Assembly (NCBI GenBank): GCA_047967505.1
Contig: CM106538.1
DNA: 64,000 nucleotides
Strand: one strand, 5' to 3'
From: Dipteris shenzhenensis
Lineage: Eukaryota
Shown piece by piece: positions 34,971 through 49,387 of this stretch (positions within the stretch are counted from its first letter, which is position 1; the number at the start of each line of letters is the position of its first letter). Below the pieces are notes generated by a model. It worked only from the letters and a program-made list of their open reading frames with translations. It made no database searches and was not told the DNA's origin. The translations under genes and the position numbers were made by a program.

Positions 34971-37219
34971 TAGGTGTTGCAATACTTGGCTCAATACTCA
35001 CCTTTACTGTGTCCTTGCCAAGAATACTTGTTGCAACACTTTTTGTTTGGACCAAGCTTGCCTTAAATACCCGATTCCGTTAAGGCCTTCTTGATCTTGG
35101 ACTTCAACTTGCCTTTCTTGGACAAGGAATCTTCCTCATTGCTCTCTCATCCTTCTTCCTTGTCTTATTCATGGAATGTCCACTCTTCTCCAAAGCTACT
35201 GCTCAATTCAACAATTCTTCTTATGTCTTCACTAGATTGACAATTTTTGGGGGTCATAACTCCACTTGAGTCCAATCAATGATCAACCAAGCATGGAGTG
35301 ACATGTCATCTAATGGTGCGATCAGCTAATTGATGAGGGCCCACATTCATAACACAAAGGCTTAGATCGATGCATCATTCTTTTGCTTCAATTCATTGAG
35401 ATTAGTCAACATTAATCGCTTTTTTGAACCTTCCACATAAGGCCTCCCAACCTGTGAAATAACAAATTGGAAAGTGGTTGAACTATCACGGAGCTATCTT
35501 TTTCATGGCACAAGGGAAGTAATTCATATACTTCTCACTCGTCATGGCACCATTAATGTGACAAAATTGAAGGAAACTCTACAAATGGCTGTATGGATCT
35601 TCATCATCTACTCCCTTGAAATTCTAGAATTTCACTTTGATAGGCTGTGTAGTGTTTAACTTAACTGCCATTGGCTTGGATACCACATGGCCAACTCATC
35701 GGGTCAAGTGGCAGTAATCTTGGCCTCCCCAATCTAGCTCAATGAGCAATAGGTGTAGTGGGACAAATAGGCACATGAATATTTGGAATTGGTTGTCCTC
35801 TCCCAACCAAAGGTCTTGGTTGCAATCGTGTAGCCCAGGTAGGACTCGATACTAGGGTTTCAACATTGTGACAACCAACTAGAGCTAAGTATCCAGTTGC
35901 TCCATGTTGGCACCTATCATTGTGGACATGTCCACTATGTGTTTGACCTGATAGTGGTCCCTCCAAGGCCAAACACTCATAGGTGGGCTCTAGTATGTCT
36001 TCCTGGCAGACTCATTGTCTACCATTTGGATCAATTGGTGCATTTTTCACAAAGGCAAGTCTTCTCCTGATTCTGAGGATCATCGGCCTTAGGATTTGAC
36101 TCATGACTTTTAGGATGATGACCTTCCTCTACGAGAAGTATCTCACCTAAATGAACAATTTGTTTCTCTCTTTTGATGACATCCAATTGCACATATTCAT
36201 CAGGTAAGCGTTGAAACTAGCTTTTGCAATGAGAAGGAAAGTTAGACATGCACAATAAACCCTATGACATACCTTACAAATGTAGTGAGCTTGTTGATGG
36301 CATTCCTAACATCTGCAATACTATTAGTAACAATAATATATTAGTAAATTGAAACAAGAGATGAATTGAATTCAAAAGGAAACAATGTTACCTATTTCAT
36401 TTTGTGCCAATGACGAGACTTGAGAACACTTAACTTTCCACTCACTTTCCATCTGCATTAAAGGCACCCTTTACGTTGTGCATATACCTACTCTAGGTTT
36501 TCATAACTAGGACAACACTTTTCACATATATCTCTTCTATTTTTGTCAACACCCATGGTTCCCTTGGTAAAATCACCTTGCCATTGATGTTTTTTGGTCA
36601 TAAGGCTCTTTTGGTTTTTTTCATTGATGTTTTTTGGTCAGAAGGCCATTTTGGTTCCCATGTCTTTCAAGTCTTATTGTGTTTTCATGCTATCTCTATC
36701 GCCAGTCATATACTTTTGTATAATTTTAGCCAAATTTATGAATATATGCATTGGATCCAATAGATATGTGACTTTTAGATGCTTTGAATAAGGAAGAGTG
36801 TAAAATATGGAAAGAGGATTTGCTAGTTCAGGTGCTAAAATCATGCTGAAATTGCTTCCAATCTCTAGATCTAGTGACTAAAGCTACTCTTATAACACCA
36901 AGGTATGGATCCACTTGATATAGATGGTTCATAGAAAGATACATCCTGTTTCTCATATACCATCTTTGAAGGATCCTTGGAATGCCAACAACACAAGCTA
37001 CCTCCACAAGATGGACTCGCAACACTTGAAAAGTTTCTTGCCGGATGTTATTGCACATGACAACCTGGAGTTTGTCGGACCCTATTGGAGTGACAAGCAC
37101 ATGTTGAGATTGAAATCCGAGAAGCAACGTTCTTCATTTCTCTTGTGGTGAGTGAGAGAGTCATTGCCTTTTATGTGGGCGAAAGGAGGCATTCTGGGTC
37201 CGTCGCTCAGGTGCATGGC

Positions 37220-40200
37220 ATGGGCCTTTTTGGTAGCGGACATCCAAGCTTGGACTGCCTGGCAGCTTATCCGCGCAGGCTTTCGCCTTCCATGACTTCC
37301 CGCGAGGACAGTGGAGCGGTCGGGCATGAATGCTCGCGTGCAGGTAGCTGCCCTTCTGTAGTATATTTTGCAACGTCGAACTTAGGTGTCTACGTGGGTA
37401 GTTTAATTACAAAAGAGTTTTTACGCTTCTGGCAATTGGCTTTCATTGTGTTCACGCTTCTCAGGTAGCGCCGGGACCGAGAAGCAGTACTTCACGGATC
37501 CGTACAGACGAGAGAGCAAAGTAAGTGTGCTACGATTCTGAACTTACATAGGTAAAGCTATAGATTGGCTAGTCTGATGAGCCTGTTGTGAATCGTAATA
37601 CCAGACAAATGGAAGCTCTCCGGATTTCAAGCATCAGATTACTAAGGAGTCGCTGTCGATAGACGGCTGGTACGATTCAAGTTGGGTTAAAGGCATGCTG
37701 GAGAAAAAGGTCAAAGCATCCACTGGTCAGGCCCAAGACCCTGCCTCGGTGGAGGGGTCTAGAGTAGAGGTGAATAAATATAAGGCACAAGGACTCCCAG
37801 AAAAGTGTGGCTGGGGAACGCTCAGCTTAGAGGAGGCACTCACGTCTGTGGAACATATGCCCCATCCGCCTTCAGTTCAGGACCTTACATGCATCTTGCA
37901 TAAATGCAGAACAAAGAAAGACCAAGCCTATACCAAGCGCTTTTATGCCTACATATGCAAAATGGGGCTGGAAGATCATAGATCTCTTGGGAACTACCTT
38001 GTCCCAATGTTGGTTCAAGTGGGAAGCATGTGCCATGCTTGGCAGGTTTTTAACAAGTTGGTTGATCGGAATGTGTATTCTTGGACTTCGCTCATCATGG
38101 GTCATATTGAACGTGGGGAATCACGTCAAGCGCTCAATCTCTACCAGAAAATGCAAGAAGATTCTGTACATCCTAGCAAGTATACCTTTGTGGCCCTACT
38201 CAAGGCTTGTGCTCGGCTGCAAGATACTAAAAGAGGTCAAGATATACATGCAGACATTGCTAGAAAGGGGCTGGAAAGAGATCTTTTTATAGGCAACCCC
38301 TTGGTGGATATGTATATCAAATGTGGCTCTCTTGCAAAAGCAAGGGAGACGTTTGACAAGCTGCCAGTGCGAGACGTAGTCTCGTGGAATGCACTGATCA
38401 CAGGATATGCTGACCAAGGACTGGGTGTTGAAGCATTGACCTGCTTCGAACAGATGCAGCTGGATGGTTGCTCCCCAAATGCGATTACATTTGTTTGCAG
38501 CTTGAAAGCTTGTGGCACCATAGGAGCTATAGACAAGGGACAAGAAATACACACCAATATTGCCCGTAGTGGGATGGAAGGAGAGCTTTTTGTTGGCAGC
38601 ACCTTGGTGGATATGTATGTCAAATGTGGCTCACTTGCAAAAGCACAGGAAGCATTTGACAAGCTGCCAGTTCGAAATGAGGTCTCATGGACTGCACTAA
38701 TTGCAGGTTATGCTGAGCATGGTCTTGGTGAGGAAGCACTGAACTGTTTCGAGCAGATGCAACTTCAGGGTTTCTCGCCAGATGCTGTTGCATTTATTTG
38801 CAGCTTGAAAGCTTGTGGCAGCATAGGAGCCATAGACAAGGGCCAAGAAATACACGCCCAGATTGCTAAAAAGGGGCTGGAAAGAGATCTTTTTGTTGGA
38901 AACAGCTTGGTGGATATGTATGCCAAGTGTGGCTTGCTTGCAAAAGCACAGGAAGCATTTGACAAGCTGCCAGTTCGAAATCAGATCTCATGGACTGCAT
39001 TAATTGCAGGATATGCCGAGCAGGGGCTTGGGGAGGAAGCACTGATCTGTTTCGAAGAGATGCAACTGGAGCTCGCTCCGGATGCTGTCACATTTGTTTG
39101 CAGTTTGAGAGCTTGTGGCAGCATAGGAGCCATAGACAAGGGCCAGGAAATACATGCCAATATTGTCAGAAAGGGGCTAGAAAGAGATCTATATGTTGGC
39201 AACACCCTTGTAGATATGTATGCGAAATGTGGCTTGCTTGCAAAAGCACAAGAGCTGTTTGACAAGCTGCCAGTTAGAAATGAAATATCATGGAATGCAT
39301 TAATCACTGGATATGCTGAGCATGGGCTTTGTGAGGAAGCCCTGAACTGTTTTACACAGGTGCAACGGGAGGGTCTCTCTCCAAATGCTACCACATTTAT
39401 TTCCAGCTTGAAAGCTTCTGGCATCATAGGAGCCATAGATAAGGGCCGAGAAATACATACCGAGATTGCCAGAAAGGGGTTGGAAAGAGAGATTTTTGTA
39501 GGCAGCTCCTTGGTGGATATGTATGTGAAATGTGGCTCGCTTGCAAAAGCACTAGAAGTGTTTGACAACCTGCCACTTCAAGATGTAGTCTCGTGGAATG
39601 CACTAATTTCAGGATACGCTGAGCAGGGTCTTGGTGAGGAAGGGCTGACCTGTTTCAAGCAGATGCAACGGGAAGGTTTCTCTCCAGATGCTGTCACCTT
39701 TGTTTGCAGCTTGAAAGCTTGTGGTAGCATAGGATCCCTAGCCGAGGGCCAAGAAATACATGCAGAGATAGCCAGAAAGGGGCTGGAAAGGGATCTTTTG
39801 GTTGGCAACACCCTGGTGGATATGTATGTCAAGTGTGGGTCAATTGCAAAAGCACGCGAAGCATTTGACAAGCTGCCAGTTCATGATGTAGTCTCATGGA
39901 CTGCATTAATTTCAGGACACGTAGAGCACGGGCTTGGTGAGGAAGCACTGAACTGTTTCAAGCAAATGCAACTTGAGGGGGTCTCTCCAAATGCTGTCAC
40001 ATTTGTAGGCATCTTGAAAGCATATGGCAACATAGGAGCCATAGACCAGGGGCAACAAACACACACCGAGATAGCCAGAAAGGGGCTGGAAAGATATATT
40101 TTTGTTGGCAGCACTTTAGTGGACATGTATGCCAAATGTGGCTCACTTGCAAAAGCTCAGGAAGTGTTCGACAAGCTACCATGTCGTGACACAGTCTCAT

Positions 40201-40670
40201 GGAATGCACTAATGGCAGGCTATGCCCAGCTAGCTGAAAGTGAAACTGTTTTCCTTATGCTTGAGAGAATGTGTGGAGAAGGGAGTAAGCCAGATGAGGT
40301 AACATTCTCTATTGTGCTTACTGTATGCAGTCACATGGGTCTAGTGGATAAGGGCCAGAAATACTTTGAAGCCATGGGCAAAGACCATGGCATCACGCCA
40401 ACTATTGAGCACCACACTGGCATTGTTGATCTCCTTGGCCGTGCAGGCCAATTAGATGAGGCACTAGCAATGGTGAAGAATATGCCTTTCCCTCCAAATC
40501 TTGTGGCGTGGCATGTAATGTTGGGTGCTTGTCGAAAGTGGGTTAATGTGGACCTTGGAAGACTGGCCTTTGAACATGCAGTTCAGTTGGATGAAAAGAA
40601 TGCTGCATCTTATGTCTTGATGTGTAACATATATGCAGATGCTCACATGCAGGAGGAGGAGAGGAAATGA
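37220..40670 (+). CDS. PLS-class pentatricopeptide repeat protein (organellar RNA-editing factor type), ending in the E domain
   Basis: 991-aa ORF with repeated triplets (VSWNALI.GY / PDAVTFVCSLKACG / LFVGN.LVDMY.KCG) and E-domain motifs (VDLLGRAG, SYVLMCNIYA). An in-frame spliced 5' extension fits: exons 37220-37343, 37465-37520 and 37605 onward, with GT-AG introns and matching phases. The start codon is less certain than the main ORF. Confidence 0.92.
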
Positions 40671-40738
40671 GAGTGAAACAAGCATGGAAAAAGCCAGGAC
40701 AGAGTTGGTGGACTGACAATCATGGGATCGTGCATTCG
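40667..40738 (+). pseudogene. Out-of-frame start of the E+/DYW:WW region
   Basis: MRVKQAWKKPGQSWWTDNHGIVHS in a different frame, overlapping the PPR stop codon. Confidence 0.8.
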
Positions 40739-41392
40739 GTTTTAGGCAGGCAGCATAGTGCCATCAAACACAAATCCAAGCTCTCCTTGAGCCACGTGCC
40801 CCTCTATTTACCAACTCTGACAATAATGGGATCGTGCATTCATTTTTAGGCAGGCAGCATAGTGCCATCAAACACAAATCCAAGCTCTCCTTGAGCCACG
40901 TGTCCCTCTATTTTTAGTCCTTGAGCTCTATTTTCAGTTTCGATTCATCTAAATTCAGTTCCATGCCTCGCGAAATAAGGTGGTCCTTTGCTTTACTTCC
41001 TCTGTGTTTCGAGCTTTGTTGGTTATGTGCAAGCTTTCCGTCACCATAGCCAACCTCGCCATAGCCATTGCCATAGCTGCCGATGCCGAGGCAGAAATGC
41101 AGACTCGTCCATTTTTTGCCGCACCAATTTGGGCCCAATAATGCTCTCAAGGGCGAATTCCCCCTGGTCTTGGAGCCTCGCACGAATGGGTTGTCTTTAA
41201 GGGCAGAGAAGGCAACCGCATTTGCATTGAGCGATCCATCGCAGGGCGACAATTTGTCAGCGTTCTCTGCAATTGAATGATTCGGTGGATGCGGCGGTGT
41301 AAATTCGAATGGCAAAGATGCCCATGATGTTGGGTTGCAAACTTCGATTCAAAAAAACTCTGTAACTGAACATGACAATTTAGCTGGTTGTT

Positions 41393-42130
<738 letters not shown>

Positions 42131-43115
42131 TAAGCCATATACATTTGTTAATACACTCAATGCGTTGGACATAATATATATTAGCCATCTGAAAGTAATA
42201 AATTTTGGCGGAATGACAGAGGGTTCTTCTCCTAATCGACGTTTCCTGCCCTAATCTACATCCGTCTTGATCAGTGTCTCGTCCTCCCCTTTTGATCGTC
42301 TCCTCCTCCCCTAATCGACGTCCCTCTTGATCGTCAACCCTAAGAGGTAGAGATTTCCTCCCTCCTCCCCTCCTAATAGTGTCTTCTCCCCTCCTCTTGA
42401 TCGTCTCCTCCTACCCATAACCCCTTCTCCTTATCCCTATAATTCCCTCCCCTTACTCTCGCCAGTCAGTGAGGGGTAAGAGAAAGGGGGAAACCCCCCT
42501 ACCCTTACCCCTTGGTGGCCATGGCCGTCGAGGGGTAAGGGGAAGGGGGGAGACCACCTCCCCTTACCCCTTGGCGGCCGAGGGGAAGCAGGGAGACCCC
42601 CCCCTGGTGGCCACGGCCATAGCCTTGACCATGAAGCATTATGCAATGTCCAAAAAACATTATGCCATTTGTAAAATACACGATGCAAGATCGCAAGGAA
42701 CGCACATACATCATGCAATTTACAAAATACATGATGCAAGATCCCAAGGAATGGCACATCCCTTGGTCTTATAATTTTTGGAGAGAAACTGTGTCAACTC
42801 TCCCCTCACATGAACGTGAACATGTGGTTATATATAATGTGAAATTTGTGTCCATATGATCATGTTTTCACATTATTATATGGTTATAAACACTGTCAAC
42901 TTTTGGTGCACATGCCAACTCTCTATCCACATCAATGTGTGGTTATATACAAGACGTGAGCAATGCTATCTAAGTATACATAACAATAAAACAAAGATTT
43001 GTTATGCGAATAAGAAAGCATTTTCAATTGTGCTTCATTTCTTATATACCTTCATGACATATCTTTTTACTCGAACATCAACTCATCATTCACTTTCACA
43101 ATCTAACAGCTGCTT

Positions 43116-43487
43116 GCCAGGATATAGTTGGTGGGTGATGCAATACATTTGCAAAGAAAAAATATATATGCAAAGCTGGAAGAGCTTTCACTCAAAATGA
43201 GGGAGGGATGTTATAGTGAAAATTTGCATTGAGTCTCACAAAATATACCCGTTGATGCAAAAGAAGAATGCTTATGTGGGCACATTGAGCATCTAACTAT
43301 TGCGTGTGCCTTGATTAATACACCCAAGGGGACACCTATACGTGTTTTTAAGAATCTTTGGGTGTGTAATGACTGTCATGCGGCCACTGCACTGATATCA
43401 ATGATAGAGCAGGAAACTATTCTTGTTAGAGATGCAAACCACTTTGACGTCTTCAAGGCAGGTCAGTGTGCGGATGGGGACTATAGT
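43116..43487 (+). pseudogene. Detached DYW deaminase domain remnant
   Basis: LVGDAIH...IYAKLEEL...(TGA 43230-43232)...LCGHIEHLTIACALINTPKGTPIRVFKNLWVCNDCH...RDANHF...GDYS. HxE and CxxC are retained. Confidence 0.88.
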
Positions 43488-46400
43488 TGCTTCTCTTGCA
43501 TCTACAGTAGGCAGTGTGCTCTTATTTTTTAATATTATTGCTAGAATGACAGAAACATATGTGAGGTGTATTGAGAGAGCACGGATGAGTTTGAGTCAGA
43601 TCATGATCTTTATTAGGGAGTTGCCTTTACACGCTACTGCTAATTAAAAGGTCGTATGAAACTTTGAATTTAGCTGTGAATGTAGGTCTCAATTTCTTTC
43701 TAAAATTTCTGCAGACTATAGTCCATGACTTTTGGTGTGTTTTATGGATGTGTTGCTCACAACTTGTAATGTTCATGATTGTGTTACACACAATCTGATC
43801 TTTTCAATCGTATGATCATTGAATTGAGCTGAATATATAATGAGTGAATAATAATATTAACATATCAGGAATTTTCATAATAACTCAAAATCATGTGAGA
43901 ATCGCTTGATTCTGACATCCGATAATAGGATGTGCTAGGGGGTGTCAATAGCCTTAAATAAGGTCACTTTGCAACCTGCTACAAGGTGTTGTGAGGTGTC
44001 CAGAGTAAACTATAAATCCTCCACTTTGAGGTAGAATAAGGGCCCTTCCCCTTCATCTATAGCTTAATATGCAATGATGCTCGCTTGAGATTGTGACCTC
44101 ATCCCTTATGGAACTCATGTATCTCTTCCTCTTAGATTTGTAATACATCGATTCTCCCCTTATTCTCATCCTTTGAATTGATATTGCTTTTTTATCCTTA
44201 ATGTCAAGAAGAGTTTTAGCGTTTAGACTATCTAGAATCATGTTACTGCACAATCATGGACTAAACTCTTACTTCCTAGTGCTTCTACCACTAGACGGTA
44301 GCTAGGTGACCATTCAATTCTCTCTCTCTAAAGCCTTAAAACTTTTTTAAAACTCCCACCACATAGCATTGGCTCCTTACCCAAAACTTATTCTTAACCG
44401 GTCTCTTCTTGGATTTCCACGCTCGAGTCCCTCTGTTACAGTAGCAATATTGAACTAAGTTGCAGGATTCTTTGGTCCTCTATATCTTGTGTTGAGAGGG
44501 ATGTAGAGTCTTCCTCTTGCTGTATTGCAAACCTAATTATAATGGCCAATAGATAGGCAATGTAGCTTTTGTCGTTATGTGTAGTGGATACCCAATCGGT
44601 TAGTTTTACTCTGTAAAGGAGTGTAAATGTTTTTATTGACATGTAATTTTTTCTCACTCCTATATGATTGAAAATGTCAGCCAGAAACTTAGCTGCATCT
44701 TTACATATGGGATCCATAATCATATCATGGTGTATCGCCCCACTCTATGACTTTGTGTTAGGTGGAAATAAATCTTAAGTCTCAGAGAACCTTGCATCCA
44801 AATGTTTCTTTGGATATTCCTCTTGTGCCTCTAGGAATGAGAAAGCTTCCTATATAGTGAATCTACTGAGGTAGATCTGTAAGGGTTTTTCATTATATGT
44901 TACTATGCGATACTTACCTTTCTCCAACTCCCTACTTTTATGTGATGTTATGAATTGACAAATGTATTCTGTCATAGCTGGTGTTGGTAAGAAGGATTGT
45001 AGCTTCTCAAAAAGATTTCCTAGACGCTTTGATTGCAAGAGGTATGCATTGGTTGACATGGCGAAGGTTGAGACTCGTGGCCATACAAGTTGTATTGTTT
45101 CATCTATTGCTAGCTCTTTGTTAGTTTGGCCATCAAGCTGATCTACACCTGCATGTTGCATAGTGAATTGCTTTACCTTGATTTCTCCCAACTCTAGGAT
45201 CCTTAGGTTATGTGGCATATCTCCTTAGCATGTTGCATTTATTTGCTCATCATTATCACTATCTAGAACCACTAGCCGTGGTCATTTTGGTGCTGACCTT
45301 TTTCCCCTCCATTCCACCATAGTTTTGTCATACATCGGTCCTTTTGGGCCGTCGAATTGCACGTTTAAATGGGTTAGAAAAATCGTGGGACTATTACCAG
45401 TTGGACTTGCATTGCAAAATATCAAAACCATTCCTACCAGGGTAAACTCCTTTGAGATTGGTGTGGTCAACTTCGCTAGAGCCAGAAGCTGCTGGCATTG
45501 TTGCTGGCAAAAGGTTGTTACCACTTCAAGAGTTTTTGTACCGACATGTTGATTGCAAATCCTTCAATGGCTTCCACAAATTTTGCAATATCATTAGAAG
45601 CCGAGTCAATGCCAAAAGTAGGTTTCACGGCCATATTCTAGGTCCAACTCATTTCGCTCTAGGGGAGTATCTTTTTATCATTGGGTAGGGGTCTTTTTGT
45701 ATCTTGTGTATGTCTAGCACAACAAAAGAAGGCTACATATCTTTAACCCACTCTGTTACTATGGCACAAACTTCTTCTTGTGCTTGCCAAGCGATCGCCT
45801 TTGTATCTTTCTTGATGGCCTTTGTATCTTTCTTGATGGAATGCCCATTTAGCAATGTAGGATCTGGCATAATTTTCATCGCCCTTGTTACAACATTGGC
45901 AATGTCTTAGTTCTACCTTTCATCCAGATCAGCAATGTCCATTGGAACTACATGAGGAGCAACATGAGTAGTCATGGTGGCTATTTGAGCACTGAATTTC
46001 TCCTTCTCTTCCTGATGTCATTTGGACAACTCGCACTCTCAATCTAATTGTGATTGAGGACGTTGTAGTAGTAACAAATGATATGCCTAGGAGACTATTA
46101 TTAGAGGTCTGTTGCCGAGGGGGGTAAGGACGACTGCTAGCTTGGACGATGGCTATTACCTATTGAGATGCTCAACAAGAATCATACTGATAGGTGTCAG
46201 TCGTGTGCATGTCGGTCTAGCATATAGCACACCATACGTGGTTAAGGCCACACTCTTCATGTCCATGTTTGTTGTTGTGACAATTGCTACATCAAAAATT
46301 GGGTTAGAGATGCATAGTAGCACCTATACCCTCTTTGAAGATGTGAGATTTTGCCACGGACTCCACTAGAGTTACCGTATCACCCTTCTTACTTGAATGT

Positions 46401-49387
46401 CATTGCCCGTGATGCTTCTCAACTTCTTCGTTCAACTTGTTACTGTCTGATCCAAAATCTGATCCAAAAGTAGAGGACTCATCTGAGGAGTCCATGGGCA
46501 TGTGCCATCAACGATAGTCTAAAACCTCAAGGCCCCAATATATGTAGGATAGTCTAAGACCTCAAGGCCCCAATATATGTAGAAGCCATATCTTGTTTTA
46601 GTTTATGATTAAGACCATTAAAAAATAGGAGCATTAAAAAATAGGAGTGTAATACTTCCTACGCTGGCTGATTCACTTGGAGAGGTTGGTAGAGGAGCAT
46701 TCAGAACTTAGCGACAAAACATGGTTCTTCTAGTCCATCCAATCCAGCATGGTGAGGATGTGGACTATGGTGTTCTCGTCACAATAGTGGGCTAAGAATA
46801 TGACATTGAGGGCCGCAAAGTCTATAAAAGGGACAATGGCATACGGGCAACCTAGAGCAACACCTTTTTTTAGACTGTTAAAAGGAACTTGGCCATCTTC
46901 AATGCTTTACTTTTCTATATTGACGGGATGTTGGCATGCCAAGCATTCTCTTTCAACATACATGGGTGTCAAAATCATCAGTAGAGTGGCCTGAGAATTT
47001 AGGGTACTTTACTATCATGATTGGTTGAAAACAAGGTCGGGCATGAGCAACACATCGGTGAAACTAGAGTTATCGGATGCCTTGAGCAAACAGGAAGAGG
47101 TCGAATTATCCATGTTCCAAATGTAAGTCACTTGTGATGATCTTAAAAAGGAAGTTGTGCACTTAAATGAAAGATTGCCACTTAAAGAGGATCAACTCCA
47201 TGCCACAATAAACACAAAAAATAAGTTGCAGAACAGCCTCAAACAAGGTAAACATCAAATTCAAGCACTAGAGAAGGAATGCATGGCATCAAGGGAGACA
47301 CTTGTGAATACCAAAGAAGAATTAGATGCTCAAGAATAAGAGATACTCCAAATCCGTGTGCTTAATGATCAATTTCCAGGGCAGCCAAAAGAAGCTCAAT
47401 AATTCAATAGTCTAAATCTTAAATACATGTCAACACTGGGTAAGTATAAAGAAAAGTGCATAGAGTTGCAAAATCAAAAGGCAATAATTTTCAAGTTGAA
47501 ACTTCAACTACTAAGTTAAGTCGATGACGATGCGGAGAGGTCAGCACAAGATCTTTTGCTATAGGGCATCACTACATTATACCAAGAGCTTGTTGCAATC
47601 CTCCAGTAAGAGGAGCACCTTGAAGGAAGAATATGTATACCGTGAAAACACTTGTAAATTAAGATGTTACATGCAGTATTTGATCTAGATTGGACCCGGG
47701 CAGTAAGCACAAAGACTCTCTGAGATCTATGCCAACAGATAAATGAAGATGAGAAGAATGTGTTCTGCCTCTTCATGCATGAAAATCTCATACGGTTAAA
47801 GCCTGATGCAATACTACTACATGAATGCTTGATGGAAAGCCCCCCTCTTCGGGTAGTAGCCGGCCTCCTACCCTTACTGCAATAAGCAACTTCCTTGGGA
47901 TATAACTCCTAGAAAAATCCTACATTAAAGCTGACAATGCCTACCACAAGCGACAAGATCTACTAGAGGAATATGTGGTCTACCTTCAATCTAATCTCCC
48001 ATATCTTGCCACTCTTTTTTTATCTTCACACATCCCTCCCTAACTCCAATACCATCCTCTGTACCTTTCTAGAAATTCATGCTATCCCATATTCCTTGCC
48101 ATGCCTCTTCGCCCATGCCTCTCAACACCACTGCCAATTCAAGAATCTAACTCCTATCATCCAGTTACACCTAACTTTTTTCCTTCACTTGACAATCCAT
48201 CCCTTGAGGACTATCAAGTAATTAAATCCATTTGCCTTGCTCTCCCTCCACTTTCCACCAACATTCCTACTTCTACCTTCTCAAATTCACTACATGCTTT
48301 GACCTCATGATTTCTCCCTCTAACCTCTTCCTCTCCCCCAAGACCACATATTCCTCATATCTCCCTTGAGTTTTCAATGGAAGACACCATTAATGATTCC
48401 ATCAATGAGCTTCAAGAATTGGATAATTCAAATCATACACCCACACGAGAGTTACAACAGGATTCAGATAGGATTCCCATGCTTGGTAATCCCATTGGTG
48501 ATTTTGAGAGACAATATCCAGATATGCAGTCAAGAGGAGGATGGGACCTCTTTGGAATTTCAATGAGTATTCGCCAAACGCAAATCACTCCAGACATCAG
48601 CAACAAATTGGAGCCATAATCTACTTGACGTACACCAAAGCTAATCAACGAAAAGTACCTCCTTGATTACTTACAAGCTCCATCTTCCTTTAAAAATGCA
48701 TCCCAAATTTGATGCGGTACCCTGTATCCCTACCGATGGGATGCCAATCATCATGATCCAGATAGTGTAGATGCTCCTCGCAATTGGCCACTAATAAATA
48801 GAAACTCCAAGATCAAATAGCCAAGCCAAGAACACTCATCAAAACCTTGGACAAACATGAATCGATTATGTAAAGTAGTTATGACAAAACACTCAAGGAA
48901 AGTGCAAAATACAATGAAGTCTTAGCAATAATCCCGAAGGTGTCTCTACCATTTACCCAACCTCATCTTTAAACCAAATCAACAAATAGATGTTCAAACA
49001 ACAAAATACCTCTTTCAAAGAGCCATATCTCTTAAAGGGAATTATGTGTGTTTGTTTGAAGAAATGGTTGACACTGGCTTCTTAAAAACTGAGCAAATAC
49101 TCTACGGTGTTCATGGATTACAAGGAAAAGATCAACAACAAGCTCACTCCATCTATCACCGATGCCATCTTTAGCATATGCATTGGATAAAGAAAATAGT
49201 AGCACACAATTGTGTTTTAGCCTCAACCATAACCTAGAGATAGGTAATCAAATCGATCTAGGGGATTTATTAACCCTGTGGCAACAAGGGCTAGAAGTGT
49301 AGTCTAGGGCAACAACGATGAGAGCATTGTGTGTGTAGAGTAGCGGCAAAGCCATACTTGTAATATGTTGATCTTGAAAGATGGTAT

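Noticed and set aside
36924-37151. Additional upstream PPR exon
   Set aside because: The donor at 37148 and acceptor at 37210 do not give the PPR reading frame.
37872-40209. Repeating antisense and alternative-frame ORFs (MSNAS...)
   Set aside because: Shadows of the PPR repeats.
40667-40738. U-to-C (DYW:KP) editing factor
   Set aside because: The motif is KKPGQSWW, i.e. WW-type rather than the KP-type signature.
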